64,000 nt of DNA from the human T2T-CHM13v2.0 reference genome, Homo sapiens: NCBI RefSeq assembly GCF_009914755.1, contig NC_060932.1; one strand, given 5' to 3'. The translations under genes and the position numbers were made by a program. Below are positions 11,608 to 29,824 of this stretch, piece by piece. Each line of letters begins with the position of its first letter. The first letter of the stretch is position 1. The notes below the pieces were generated by a model, which saw only the letters and a program-made list of their open reading frames with translations, was not told where the DNA came from and did not search any database.

Positions 11608-11946
11608 TGGAAATGACAAGGATAATTGGTTTACCACTTTTGATAAAATTCCCTGGGAATTTGCTTCTAATGACATTAAGTATACTAGAGTTACTCCTAT
11701 TTGAAGGCATAATACAAAATTATTATTTTTTATAGGCAACGTGTTGGGAAAACTCGAGTCATCTGAAAACTATTAGAACCAACAAAAAATATTCAAGGCA
11801 GTAGCTTTGTAAAGAATAATTACCCAGTTCATTTTCTACACTTCAGCTATAACAAGATAAAAAATTTATTAATAAAACTTAATTCTCATAACAATAAAAC
11901 TGATTTAAAAGAATACATAGTAATGCATTTACCAAAAAATTGTTTA

Positions 11947-14535
<2,589 letters not shown>

Positions 14536-14537
14536 CA

Positions 14538-16499
<1,962 letters not shown>

Positions 16500-17011
16500 A
16501 GGAATTATATGGGGGAAAATTACAAAGAGAAATTACGGCTTGAGAAAATCTCATTAAAAACTCCTATTGTAGAAAAGAACGACTAAATATTGATATAATA
16601 TCAGATCATCTAAGGTTAATATACACATTAATGTATTTTCCCACAATAAGTCTGTAATTACCCTATAATGAACTTAAATACTTTAGAAATAGAAAAGCTC
16701 ATATCTAAATATTAGAAGTATTGAAGACATTTGAAAGATTCGTCAACTATTAATCATATGTCCCATGAATTGGCAGAATGAATAGCTTAACAAAAAATTA
16801 TACAGGAAAAAATTGTGTAATAAAAATATCAGGGATAAATAAGAACTGAGTCTTAACAACTGTATTTCAGACAAAGGAATTTTCTTCAGATAACACATTT
16901 TACTTTGAAAACAGATTATTAGTGGCCACTGATAAACAGTTTATATTTCACATATATATTAGTCATCTGTGCTACAGTAATAAGCAGTCCATAATCTCAG
17001 TGGCTTATAAC

Positions 17012-17400
17012 AAGGGCTTTGGCATGAAGGTGTGCCCCTGTAAAATATATATTGAAATGTAATACCCAAAGGTGTGGCCTTTGGGAAGTGATTATGTCAT
17101 GAGGGCTTCGCCTTCATGAATGGGTTTAGCATCATTTTATAAGGGCTATATGTTAGCGGGAGCATGCTCTTGCCTTTCAGTTCCTTCCACCACATGAGGA
17201 CACATTCTTCATCCCCTCCAGAGGATGCAGCAACAATGCATTATCTTAGAAAGAGAGAGAAGCCCTCACCAGACACTATGCCTATAGGTGCCTTGATCTT
17301 GGACTTCTTAGCCTCCAGAACCATCAGTAATAAATTTCTATTCTTTATCAATTAGTCAGTCTGAAATATTTTATTACAGAAGCACAAATAAATGAAGACA
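17012..17400 (+). mobile_element. MaLR solo LTR (MSTC/MSTD/MLT1A-like), apparently inserted into an older MLT1 fragment
   Basis: gaggatgcagcaaca...gccttgatcttggacttcttagcctccagaac...aataaatttct. Imperfect 5-bp TSD ataac/acaac. The flanks rejoin as atctcagtggcttataac|aaatccttatttctc. Confidence 0.75.
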
Positions 17401-20084
17401 ACAACAAATCCTTATTTCTCGTGCATGAAAGGGTGAATCACTACACAATATTTTCATTTCTAGAAATTGTACCACTGATCTGTTCTTATAAGCCTAAATA
17501 TGCAAGGGTAAAAACTATCTATTGCTATGCTGTCTTGCAATGGGTACTTAATAAGTCACAGGTTCCAGTGTTTCTTTATGGTGAAGGCTGGCCACCTCAC
17601 AACCATCCTAGCTATAACTTTAAAGACTAAAATGATTGATTACTATAATTTGTGTTAACAAAACAAAAACAAGAACACAGAAAATAAAACAAAATACTAA
17701 GTATTATGGCACAACCCTGCTAAAAACCTTCAATGACACTGTTTTGCTTTTAGACCACATAACCAGTTAGCATCTGGTCCCCATTTCATCACAGCCTGGT
17801 AGATTCTCCCAGACCCAGGACTTTTCTTACACAAAACTATACACATGTATATTTCTTTGTGAGATTTTTGTTTAATAATTTTTCCCACTTGGCATTAAGC
17901 TATTTGAGGGCAGAAACTATCTCTGTTTTTATTTCTATACTGTATCTTTGGTAAATAAAAAGCCTAACACATGGCACTCAGTAACTACTTACTGTCTGAG
18001 TGAAAAAGTTCAAAAGAGGTTAATTTCAAGCTTGGTAAACAAGCTTCTCTCTTGCTCTGTGCCTCACTTTTTTATCAAAGCATAATCTGCCCTGAAAGAT
18101 TGGTTTTTACTAAACTATGCTACTTTTTTATGACCTTAACCCTACAGATATTTATTCATGTCATTGGTTTGTTAAATTTAACATATACATATTGAGGGCA
18201 AAATATGTTCTTGGTATAATAGAAAATAATGTATACTTTTTTCATTCTCTGCTCATTTAAAACCATTTAACTAGAATATGAAAGCAGTTATACAAAAATG
18301 TGTAATTACATGAATAATTATAGTGGGTTCCTTAGTGACACAGAAATGTATTTCTCTCTTGAAATACATAGAGGAAAATTAATATAGACAGGACAAAATG
18401 AAAGGGAGCATCAATATTAAATAAGAGCAATTTCACTAGGTATTTTCTAGATAAGCATACAATATTGGCCCTGATTTATTTCAAGTGTGTATAGTTTAAG
18501 GAAATTGAGATGAATACAGATGAAATACTAAGCTAGCCGATGAATCTTTTAGAAAATGGAATTAGCAACGGTATGCAATCTGCCTTTAAAAATTATTAAT
18601 TTTGGATGGCTTTCAGAGTTCATGGCTTATGTAACTGCCTGTGATCCTTCCAGAAATCATTTATATGACCTTGGGTGTATCCCCTTTTTTTTGTTGTTGT
18701 GTCTTGGTTTCCATACTTTTAAGATTAGAAAGTCGAATGATCAATTAGATTTCTTCCAACTCCCTTATTCTTTACTTGTATTTTTACCTCTTACATATTT
18801 TGAAAACTTATTTTGCCCTTCAGTGGCTTCTGTGACTCAACCTTCTTGTTTGGCTGGCATTGAGTCTAGACCCTTGCAGTGTATGGGGAATGTGACATTG
18901 GTGTCATATGAATGCTGACCAGTCCAGCTTTGTTGGTGGCATTATGACATATCATTCATCTTGGCCACAGAAATTAATGAGCTGAGAGTGGTTTTATAAT
19001 CAGACTCATTCTAAAGTAGTTTAATCCAAGTTAAATGATAAAGCTTTGTATTACTTCAATCAGGCTTTGGGTCAAATATATCCTGTTCAACTGCCATACA
19101 GAATGAAAAACTGAAGGAAAGATGTTAAATGGTGATATGATATTTAGTCTATTAGAGCTGTAATGAAAGTGGTAATGACTAAGCATCATTAAACCAAAGA
19201 GTGTCACAGGGATCACTCAGCTACACCTTTGGGGAAATCTCAGGCTGCAGACAATGAGGCATCACACCATCTTCCATGAATGGTCTCCAGAAATGTGTGA
19301 TGATACCCTTTATGGCAGATGTGGAAGTCTGTGCCAACAGTGATGAGCCACTGACTTCTCTACCTCTATTATACCTCGAAATCCAAGAATGCAGACCCTG
19401 AAAAGCTTCAGGAGAAGTTAAATATTTCTTCAAGATGCCCCCCAAGGACTCTATCTGAGACTTTTCATGTGCAGTAGTTCATGTAGCCTAAGGATACCTA
19501 GAGCATGGTGACTAAGAATGAGCTGAGGTTAGACTACCTGGTTCCACAGTAGGGTAAGTTTACCTGTAATAAAAAGCACCTTGTAATCAAAAGCATTGAT
19601 ATTTTTACAGCAAAAACTTTCACAATAGGTGAGATAAAGATAAATGATAAACAGTTTCATATAAATTCAGGCTTAGATTTTCTGCCAAAAGGATTAGCAA
19701 CAAGCTAATACAAAACAAAACAAAACACACACCAAAACAAGCAAAATGGAAAGCTCTTAAAACAAGTTCTGTCTTACATGAAATGCTTCATTGTAATAGC
19801 TCTTATCACTGTCATTATTTTTATTATTATAGAAATGGGACTCAGATAACTTAATTAACCTCCTCCTGGCCACAAATCTTGTATGTGGCCAGCTAGAATC
19901 CATACTCACATCTCTTGGACTTCAAAGTTCACCTTCTTCTTACTGCAATGCAAAGCTTTCCTTGTTCCAACTGCATTATCTGTGAAATGAAATTCAAATT
20001 CAAGACAATTCAGTTAGAATTTAGGTTTTCCTGTTTTGGAGGAGTGAGGACATCTGAATCTGTTAAGTAAGAGATATTTTTATT

Positions 20085-21945
20085 GGTTAATTTAATTAAA
20101 AACACTGGATACACAACAAAATCAATTACATTTTTGCATACTAACAATGAATGTGGAAAGGAAAATTATAAAGATCATACCATTTACAAGCACTCCAAAG
20201 GAAATGATACACTTAGGAATAAGCTTAAAACATATACAGTGTTTATGCTGAAAATTATAAGATGTTGTTAAATATATTAAAGAAGACCTAAATAAATGAA
20301 GAGCTATTGTGTCATGAATTGAGAAACCTAAACATAGTAAAGATGTCAGTTCTCCACAAATTGATCCATAGGTTTAGTGCAATTGTATACAAAGCATGCT
20401 TACTCTAAAATTCATATGGAAGGGCATATGCTTAAGGATAGCTTATAAACCACCCTGACAAAAAAGGTTGAAGTGGAAAGAATCACTCTACTGAATATTA
20501 AGACCTACTATATGGCTATAGGCATTAGACTGTGTGGTTTTGGCAGAGGAACAGACACAAAGACCAATGGAAGAGAACAGAGAACCTAAAAATAGATCCA
20601 CACAAATATACACAACTAATTTTTGACAGTCATGCAAAGGCAATTCAATGAAAGAAACACAGCCACTTCACAAATAGTGCTGGGGCAATTGGGCATCCAC
20701 ATAATAATAATAATCTACTCTTAAACATCCCATTTATACAAAAATAAGCTCAAAATTTATCATGGAATTAAATGTAAAAACAAAATTTTAAACTTCAAAG
20801 AAAATAAATGAGAGAAATCTTTTGTATGTATGACTAGGCAAAGAGTTCTCAGATTTGACCAAAAGCATGATAGATAAAAAGAAAAATTAATAAAATGTTT
20901 TCATCAAAATTAAAAATTTTTCTTCAGCAAAAGCCAATATCAAAGAAATGAAAGACAAACTACAATTTAAGGGAATATATTTGCAAATCAAATAACCAAC
21001 AAAGGACTAAGAGCTAGAATAAATTAAAAATTCTCAAAACTCAATGATAAAGAAAAACGAGCATTCAAATTAAATCATGGGCAAAGGACATGAAAAAGCA
21101 TTTCACTGAAGACAATACACAGATAGCAAAAAAAGCACTTGAAAAGATTTTCAACATTGTTAGCCATTAATCACACGCAAACTGAAACCAAAATGAGTTA
21201 TTACTCTACATCTATAAGAATAAAAAATATTGACAACACCAAATGATGATAAGGGTGTGGAGAAATAGGATCACTCATACTCTACTGGTGGGAGTCTCAA
21301 ATGTTACAGCCACTCTGGAAAACATTTCTGTAGTTTCTTATATAACTTCTGTAGTCTTTTATATAACTAAGCGTGCAACTACCATACATCCCAACAACTG
21401 CATTTGTGAGCATTTATCCCAGAGAAATTAAAAATGTGGTCACACAAAACTTGTCCATGAATGTTCATAGATTTTTTTCTTAATAGTCAAAAATTGGAAA
21501 CAATCCAGATGTCTTTCAGACAATGAATGGTTGAACAAACTATGGTAAACCTATACCGTGGAATACTAATTAGCAATAAAAATTACAGACTATTAATGCA
21601 ATGACTTTGATGGATTCCAGGGGTTTATGCTAAGTTAAAAAAGCCAGTCCCAAAAGTTCACAAACTGTGTAAATCCACTTATATGGTAGTCTCAAAATGA
21701 CAAATATAGAAATGGAGAGCATATTGGTGTTCACCAGGGTTCAGAAATTGGGGGAGGCAGGTGGAGGTGACAGTAGCTATAAAAGGCAACACAAGAGTAT
21801 TGTGGTGGTGGAACTGTTCTGTTATAGTGACTATAAATTTCAATATCCTGATTGTGATATTGTACTATAGTTTTATAACATGTATTATTTCTTGCAACTG
21901 CATGTAAATCTATAATAATCTCAGAATTAAACATTTAATTAAAAA
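20085..21945 (+). mobile_element. L1MC-like (L1MC1-type 3' end) ORF2 3' part and 3' UTR
   Basis: Degenerate ORF2 C-terminal sequence; 3' end tattatttcttgcaactgcatgtaaatctataataatctcag. Confidence 0.8.
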
Positions 21946-22892
21946 CTACTATACACTGGATGTTTTATTCTCTCCCAAACACTTAGGTTTAAAATAATGT
22001 ACTTTTTGAAAGTTTTAATCAATTTATTCTTCTTTTTAAATTAAATTTTCCTATTATAATTGTAAATGGAAACAATTAATAAAATAGAAGGAAAGGATTT
22101 ACAACAATGCCTTTTAGTTCCACATTTCAGCAGTCATCTCATTCACTTTCTTGTGTATTTCTCAGAACACACACACTCTTACTTATGTACATCACACATA
22201 TACATAGAATCATTCATATTTGCATCTCACTGTTTGATGGCCACCTGGTATTAAGTGCCTTGTATGCCCCATGATTTAGTTTATTGTTCCTGTTTTGATC
22301 AACATCCTTTTTCTCCGGTTGCATGCTATTTTATTATTTTATTTTATTTATTTTTTGGTATTAGTATCCTTTATTAGTTGATATATGAATCTGTGATGTG
22401 TCACAATTTATAAAACACTCCAAAACATCAATTTTATATAAATAAAATAAAATATAACTTAAAAATGCAACATTGAATCATCTTGTAGCTTCACCTTTTT
22501 TATTCTTGTGAAACTTCTCTGTAGAGTAAATTTGTGGAAAAAATTCTTGGAAAATTGATTTGTACATTTTTAATTTTGATGAACCTCAAGATTTAACCTT
22601 CAAATAAGGTAAATCAAGTTGCTTTCTTGCAAAACTGTAGAAGACCTAGAATGAACATCTTCAAAAGCTTCTGTGAGGCAGAGGGCTAAGGATTTTAGGG
22701 AAGTGTTGCATGGTAACTATTTTCTTCTCTTACTCTGCTAATAGATAACATGTAGGTGGACTACAGATTAAGCCTCAGGCATCATCAGTGACTAATGGGA
22801 GAAGAAAGATAGCTGATTATCGGTCACACAAATACACATTGTGCATTTGATCACTATAAAAACACTGGAAAATGAATAATTTTATTTCCATT

Positions 22893-23299
22893 TATTATAA
22901 ACTGAACTGTGCACCTTCTCATCACTCCACCAAATTCATATGTTGAAGTGCCAACCTTTAATGTGACTGTGTTTGGAAGGCATTTAAAGAGGTAATTAAA
23001 ATTAAATGAGATAATAAGGATGGGGCTGAAATCCAAGATGACCAATGTCATTATAAGAAGAGAAAGAGACACCAATGACCTCCCTCTCTTCACCTACACA
23101 CTGATGAAATACACTGTGAGAAGATAATGAGAAGGAGGCCATATGCAAGCCTAGAATAAATCCCTCACCATCAACCAAATCTATCAACACCTTGTTCATG
23201 GACTTCCAGCTTCCAAAGCTGTGAGAAAATACATTTTTATTGATTAAGCCACGCCCAGTTTGTGATATTTTGATATGGTCACCCTAGATGACTAATATA
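22893..23299 (+). mobile_element. MLT1 (MLT1B/MLT1A0-like) solo LTR
   Basis: aaattcatatgttgaag...ttataagaagag...ggacttccagcttccaaagctgtgagaaaatacattt...gactaatata. Confidence 0.8.
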
Positions 23300-23387
23300 C
23301 CATGCAAAACTTGACAAAAGTGGGATCTGGAAATACTGAAACAAGTGGGCACACCCTTCTAGGGTTCTTTTTTTAAGTTAAGATCAA

Positions 23388-26300
23388 AAGGAAGATGGCA
23401 CAGTAGGAAGCACAGGAATCTCTCTTTCCACCAAGACAACAATCACACTGGCAGAATCCGTCTGATATAACTATTTGGGAAATTTGTAGTGTATTGAAAG
23501 CTTGTAATTTCCAAGGGGAGCCTTGGACAGTAAGTTGTATTTGCTTCATTCAGTTTCCACTCAACATAGTGGCAGCTATGCATCCCCCATCCACCCCCAT
23601 TCTGGTGGCAGGCAGCTGTGCACAGATTTCTGGAGCAGCTTGCAGACAGATTGCAGGAGCCAGGGTGGGCAAAGAGGGCCCTGTTCTCCAAATGTTCAAG
23701 ATCTGTGCTCAAATTGCTAACTGCTGCTTCTGATCACAGGGGTGCAGATACAGAGAGGCAGGCAGCCATTGTTGTTGCCTTTACTGCTCCAATTAAAATT
23801 ACTTCCAAGGGATTAAAAGAGCCAACACCTCTTTCCCATCTTCATTTTTCTCTTTATCTCTTTTTGGGAACCAGGCATTAAAAATTAGGACATTAAGAAA
23901 CAACTGCATATAGAGGAGAAATTAGGAAGTGATTATGCATGCTCAGGGAAAGGTTCAGGCTCAGAAAAGTACTGAAAAGTCATTCGGTTTACTCCTCACA
24001 CTGATCATTGGCAAAGCCCACAATAATAAAAAAAAAATGAGAAGAATTACAAAATCCAGCAAATCCTAGGAAAGGGGAAGAATCTAACTTTCAGAGTTTT
24101 CACACTATGAGATTCAGGTGATCAGTTTTCAAAAAAAAAAAAAAAATCAAAATGTACAAAAGTAACCAGGAAAGTATACCTCTGGAAAATCCTCATGGTA
24201 GATCTACTAGACGCAAATGTTAAAAAAATTGTCTTAAAAATTCTCACAGAACTAAAGGAATACAAAAGAAAGTCAACAAAATAATGTATGAACAAAATAG
24301 AAATATCAACAAAGAGATAGAAAACCTAAAAAGAGACAAAAAATAAATTTTTAAGATGAAAATTGTGGTAAATACAATGAAAAATTTGCTAAAGAAATTT
24401 AAAGGTAGATTTGAGCAGGCAGATGAAATAATCAGCTCACTTGATGAAACGATAATGGAAATTATTGAGTCTGAAGTATAAAAAGATAAAGAAAAGATGA
24501 TGATAAGTAAACAGAGCCTAGGGGACATATGGGACACCATCAAGTAGACTAACACACACGTTGTGGGAATCCCAGAATAAGAAAAAGGAAGATAAAATAT
24601 TTTTTAAATAATGGTTAAAAAAAAAAACTTCCTACATTTGATAACAGACATGAATATAAACATCTAAGAAGTTCAAGTTCAACAAATTCCATGTGGATGA
24701 CCTTAAAGAAACCCACATCAAGACACATTATAGCCAAACTTTCAAAACACAAAACAAAGAATCTTGAAAGCAGCAAGAGAGAAGTAGTTTGTCACATACA
24801 AGGGATCCTCAATAAAATCATCTGTAGATTTCTCATCAGAAACTCCAGAGGCCAGAAGGCAGTCGGCCAATATACTCAAAGTGGTGGCAAAATTATCCTT
24901 TATAAGTGAGGGAGAAATTAAGGCATTCCTAGATAAACAAGAGTTGCCACTAGACCTACCTTGCAAGAAATGCTTAAAGGAGTCCTGAAAGATGAAATGA
25001 AAGGACACTAAAAAATAACTTAAAACCACCTAAAGAAATAAAGATCTCAATAAAGGTAATTATACAAGCAATTATAAGAGCTAGTATTACTGTTAAAATG
25101 ATTGGTAAACTCCAGTTATCATTTTCTACATGATTTAGGAGACTAATACAATTTAAACAACATTCATCTAAAAGCTAGTATTATTGTAACTTTGGTTTGT
25201 AACTTCATTTTTTGGTTTCTACATATCTTAAGAGACTAACACATTTTTTAAATTATTAGTTTATGTTTCTGGGCACACAATATATAAAAATGTAATTTTG
25301 TGATGTCAACTGAAAGGGTAAGAAATGGAGCTGTAAAAGAGCAGAGATTTTGAGTGTTATGGAAGTTAAGATAGTATAAATTTAAGTTAGAGAGTTATAA
25401 CTTTAGGATGATACATGTAATTTCTATGGTAATCAGAAAGAAAATAGCTACAACATATACACAAAAAGAAATGAAAAAATAACTTTAAACATTTTGCTAC
25501 AAGAAATCAACTAAATACAAAAGACAGTGATGCAACGAGGGACACTAAAAGTGATAAAACATTTAGAAAACAAATAGTAAAATGATAAAAGATCCTCTTT
25601 ATCAGTGATTACTTTAAATGAGAACAAATTAAATCAGTAAGAACATAGAGATTGGGAGAATGGATAAAACACATGACCTAACTCTCTTCTTTCTACAAGA
25701 GACTCACCTCAGATCCAAAAATACAAACACATTAAAAGTGAAAAGATGAAAAAGTATATTCCATGAGCATAGTAACCAAAAGAGAGCAGGGATGGATATA
25801 CTAATATATATACATATGTTATATTATATAATATATGTTATATATGTTTAATTATATGTGACTTATTCTATGAGGCCAGTATTACTTTCTGATACCAAAG
25901 CCAGATAAAAACACTACAAAAAAAAACTATAGACCAATATCCCTTATCAAAATTGATGCAAATATCTTCAACAAAATACTAACACACCAAATTCATCAGC
26001 ATACTAAAAGGATTATACACCATGACTAAATGGAATTTATTGCCATAACGCAAGGATAGTTAAATATGTAAAAATTGGTCAGTGTAATACACCAAATTGG
26101 CAGAATAAAGGAAAAGAAAACACATGATCCTAACAGTTGATATAGAAAAAACACTTGACAAAATTTAACAAACTTCCATGATAAAAACTTTTAACAAATA
26201 AGAAATGGAAGTAAACCACCTTAATATAATAGAAGCCATAAGGAGAATCCTATGACTAACATCATACTCAATGGTGATATACATATATATATATATATAA

Positions 26301-26755
26301 ATATATAATATATATAACATATATATAATATAAAATGGTAATATATATTATATAATTATAATATATTAAATATATTAATATATTTAACTTACATTAAAAT
26401 ATTTATATATTAATATAATATATTAAACATATATCTTTAACTTAGATATAATTATAATATTTAATATAGTATATATAAGTTTAATACATTATATTAATAT
26501 AATTATATATTAAATGTTATAATTATATATAAGTTAACAAACTTCCATGATAAAACCTTTTAACAAATTAGAAATGGAAGTAAACTACCTTAATATAATA
26601 GAAGCCATAAGGAAAATCCTATGACTAACATCATACTCAATGGTGAAAGACTCAAACCTTCTCAGCAAAGATTACTGAAATGTACATTTAAAAACGGTTA
26701 AGATGATAAATTTTATGTTATGTGTATTTTACCACAACATGAAAAACTAGAAAAA
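23388..26755 (+). mobile_element. Old L1M (L1MB-like) element: 5' end, ORF1, partial ORF2 and 3' end, with large internal deletions
   Basis: aagatggca at the 5' start; ORF1-like sequence at ~24200-25030; ORF2 pieces at ~25580-25807 and 25861-26663; L1MB-type 3' end aaattttatgttatgtgtattttaccacaa. Confidence 0.75.
26165..26646 (+). repeat. 113-bp direct repeat (26165-26277 and 26534-26646) flanking a 256-bp TA-rich low-complexity tract
   Basis: Direct comparison shows 4 mismatches in 113 bp; the intervening sequence is nearly all A/T. Confidence 0.93.
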
Positions 26756-26797
26756 AGTGTTTTTCCAAACCCAGGTTATTTTTTTCCAACAACCAAC

Positions 26798-27178
26798 TGT
26801 ATTCGCCTGTTCTCACACTGCCATAAAGAACTGCCCCAGACTGGGTAATTTAGAAAGAAAGAAAGGTTTAATTGACTCACAATTCTGCATGGCTGGGAGG
26901 CCTCAGGAAACTTATAATCATGGCAGAAGGTGAAGGGGAAGCAAGGCATCTTCACAAGGTGGCTGGAGGGAGAATGAACAGGAGGAACTACCAAACACTT
27001 TTAAAACCATCAGATCTCCTGAGAACTCACTTACTATAATGAGAACAGCATGGGGAAGACCACACCCGTGATTCAATTACTTCCACCTGGTCTCTCCCCT
27101 GACTCTCGGGATTATCAGGGTTATGGGGCTTACAACTGAAGATGAGATTTTGGGTGAGGACACAGCCAAACCATATCA
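26798..27178 (-). mobile_element. THE1 (THE1D-like) solo LTR
   Basis: tgtatt...ggacacagccaaaccatatca; perfect 5-bp TSD CCAAC at 26793-26797 and 27179-27183. Confidence 0.92.
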
Positions 27179-27564
27179 CCAACACTTTACCCTGATACTG
27201 GTTCCGACAAGACTGTTCTTTGTACTACAGTGTAATAATACCAATAATTATAGCCAAAGTTTAGCCGAACACTTATTATGAGCCAGACATATATTAAATG
27301 TATGTGTATTAACAATTCGAGATAGGTATTACTATTTTTCCACTTTATTAGTGAGAAGCATGAGGCACAGTGACTGAATTAAGTTGTCCAAGGCCAGAAA
27401 ATCAGTGAATAAAAAGCTGGGATTTTAACTTTTGTTCTAACTCATGCTATTAAAAATATGGTACATGAATTAGCAAGACCATCATCACCTCGGAGCTTGT
27501 TAAAAACACAGACTTTTCAAGTTGCACCCTAGACCTACTGAAAAGGAATTTGAGTTTTAACAAG

Positions 27565-27936
27565 TGTATTAGTCCGTTTTCATGCTACTGATAAAGACAT
27601 ACCTGAGACTGGGTAATTTATACAGGAAAAAGGATTTAATGGACTTACAGTTCCATGTGGCTAAGGAGGCCTCACAATCATGGTGGAAGGCAAGGAAGAG
27701 CAAGTCACATCTTACATGGATGGCAGCAGGCAAACAGAGAGAGTTTGTGCAGAGGAACTCCTCTTATTGAAACTATAAGATCTCATGAGACATATTCACT
27801 GTTGTGAGAACAGTACTAGAGAGACCCAACCTCATGATTCAGTTACCTCCCACTAGGTCTCTTTCACGACATGTGGGAATTGTGGGAGTTACAATTCACT
27901 AAGAGATTTGGGTTGGGACACAGCAAAATGATATCA
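27565..27936 (-). mobile_element. THE1 (THE1B/C-like) solo LTR, within a probable MER5A relic
   Basis: tgtattagtccgttttcatgct...gatatca; perfect TSD ACAAG at 27560-27564 and 27937-27941. Confidence 0.92.
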
Positions 27937-28534
27937 ACAAGATACCCATTATTTTAGGGAAGCATTGTTCTAAATCATGATTCCTTTGCATCTTTGTCTC
28001 GTCCAACCTGATAAGAAGAACAACTGGCCAACTCTGCAGTCATTTCCCACTTAGAAATGAAATACCATGAGTCTGTGATCAAGCCCAGCTGTGCCTAATG
28101 TCCACCCCCACATTGCTCCCTGACAGGCCTTTCATTGTGCTTTTTCTTTTTCTTTTCTTTTTTTTTTTTTTTTGCAGTTCCCAGGTGAAAAATAAAGCAT
28201 AATATCTAAGAGGCACCTTTATGTAACTTAGAGTGATGGGCATTTTTGATAACTTACACAATAATTATTCTTTATTTCCACACATATGACTTTCTGTAAA
28301 CCCAGTGGTTAACCTTAATTGGAGTCATTGATAAGAGAAAAAACCAAATGTCTAAAATACCTAGAAGATGTTAATCAGGGAAGACCAAGAAGGAACGTAC
28401 TAACTTGTAAGGCACCTTCCACCTTCTAGCATGAATTGTCTTCCTAAACTCTTCCAACAATTGCCAAGGGAGACATTGTTTTACAAGTTCAGAGAAGTTA
28501 AGAAACTTGCTCATAGTCACATATCTAGGAAGTA

Positions 28535-29824
28535 TTAGGAGAGTGCAAAAGTAATTGTAGTTTTTGCATTGTTGAAATTTGCCATTTGATATTGGAATAT
28601 ATTCTTAAATACATGTGGTTATGTGATACAGCATTTTAATGGGCATTTCTCACTTTATGGTTTTTTTTTGCTAATGACTTATTACTTGCTGTTTATTTTA
28701 GACTATAGAAATGATTTTAGACAAAAAGCAAATTTGAGTGATTTTTTTTTATTCAAGTTCAAAATGGGTCATAAAGCAGCAGAGACAACTCACAATATCA
28801 ACAACACAACACATTTGGCCCAGGAACTGCTAACAAACCTACAGTGCAATGGTAGTTCAAGAAGTTTTGCAAAGAAGATGAGAGCCTTGAAGATGAGGAG
28901 CATAGTGACCTGCCATTGGAAGTTGACAATGACCAATTGAGAGCAATCATCTAGACTGATCCTTTTATGAATACATGATAAGTTGCTGAAGAACTCAACG
29001 TCGACCTTTCTGTAGTCATTTGGCATTTGAAGCATATTAGAAAGATGAAAAAACTCAATAAGTGGGTGGCTCATGAGCTGAGCAAAAATTTAAAAAAAAT
29101 CATCATTTGAAGTGTCATCTTCTCTTATTCTACATAACAGCAATGAACCACTTTTCAATCAGATTGTGATGTGTGACAAAAAATGGATTTTATGTATGAC
29201 AACTGGCAATGACCACCTCTGTGGCTGGACTGGGAAGAAGTTTCAAAGCACTTCCCAAAGCAAAACTTGCACCAAAAAAAGGTCATGGTCACTGTTTGGT
29301 GGTCTGCTGCCGGTTTTATCCACTACAGCTTTCTGAATCCCAGTGAAACCATTACATCTGAGAAGTATGCTCAGTAAATCGATGAGATATACTGAAAACT
29401 GCAATGCCAGCAGCTGGCATTGGTCAACAGAAAGGCCCAAATTCTTCTCCATGACAATGTCTGACGACACATTGCACAATCAATACTTCAAAAGTTGAAT
29501 GAATTGGGCTATGAAATTTTGCCTCACCCACCATATTCACCTGACCTCTCACCAACTGACTACCACTTCTTCAAGCATCTCAACAACTTTTTGCTGGGAA
29601 AACACTTCCACAACCATCAGGATGCAGAAAATGCTTTCCAAGAGTTCATCTAATCCCGAAGCACAGATTTTTTATGCTACAGGAATAAACAAACTTATTT
29701 CTCATTGGCAAAAATGTGTTGATTGTAGTGGTTCCTATTTTTATTAATAAAGATGTGTTGGAGCCTAATTTTAATGATTTAAAATCCACAATCTGAAATG
29801 GCAATTGCTTTTGCACCACCCTAA
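28535..29824 (+). mobile_element. Full-length Hsmar1 mariner DNA transposon (1290 bp), inserted in a MIR
   Basis: TIRs ttaggagagtgcaaaagtaattgtagtttt and gaaatggcaattgcttttgcaccaccctaa; TA duplicated at 28533-28534 and 29825-29826. Confidence 0.96.
28705..29747 (+). pseudogene. Hsmar1 transposase pseudogene
   Basis: Motifs FKMGHKAAETTHNIN, WVAHEL (WVPHEL), CDKKW, LHDN, YSPDLSPTDYH, WQKCVDCSGSYF. Start codon mutated to ATA; multiple stops and frameshifts. Confidence 0.93.

Noticed and set aside
19548-19560. Strong donor-like AGG|GTAAGT
   Set aside because: No convincing partner acceptor or ORF; isolated matches are expected by chance.
28705-29747. SETMAR gene or active transposase
   Set aside because: No SET-domain exons nearby, both TIRs present as in a free transposon copy, and the ORF is disrupted.
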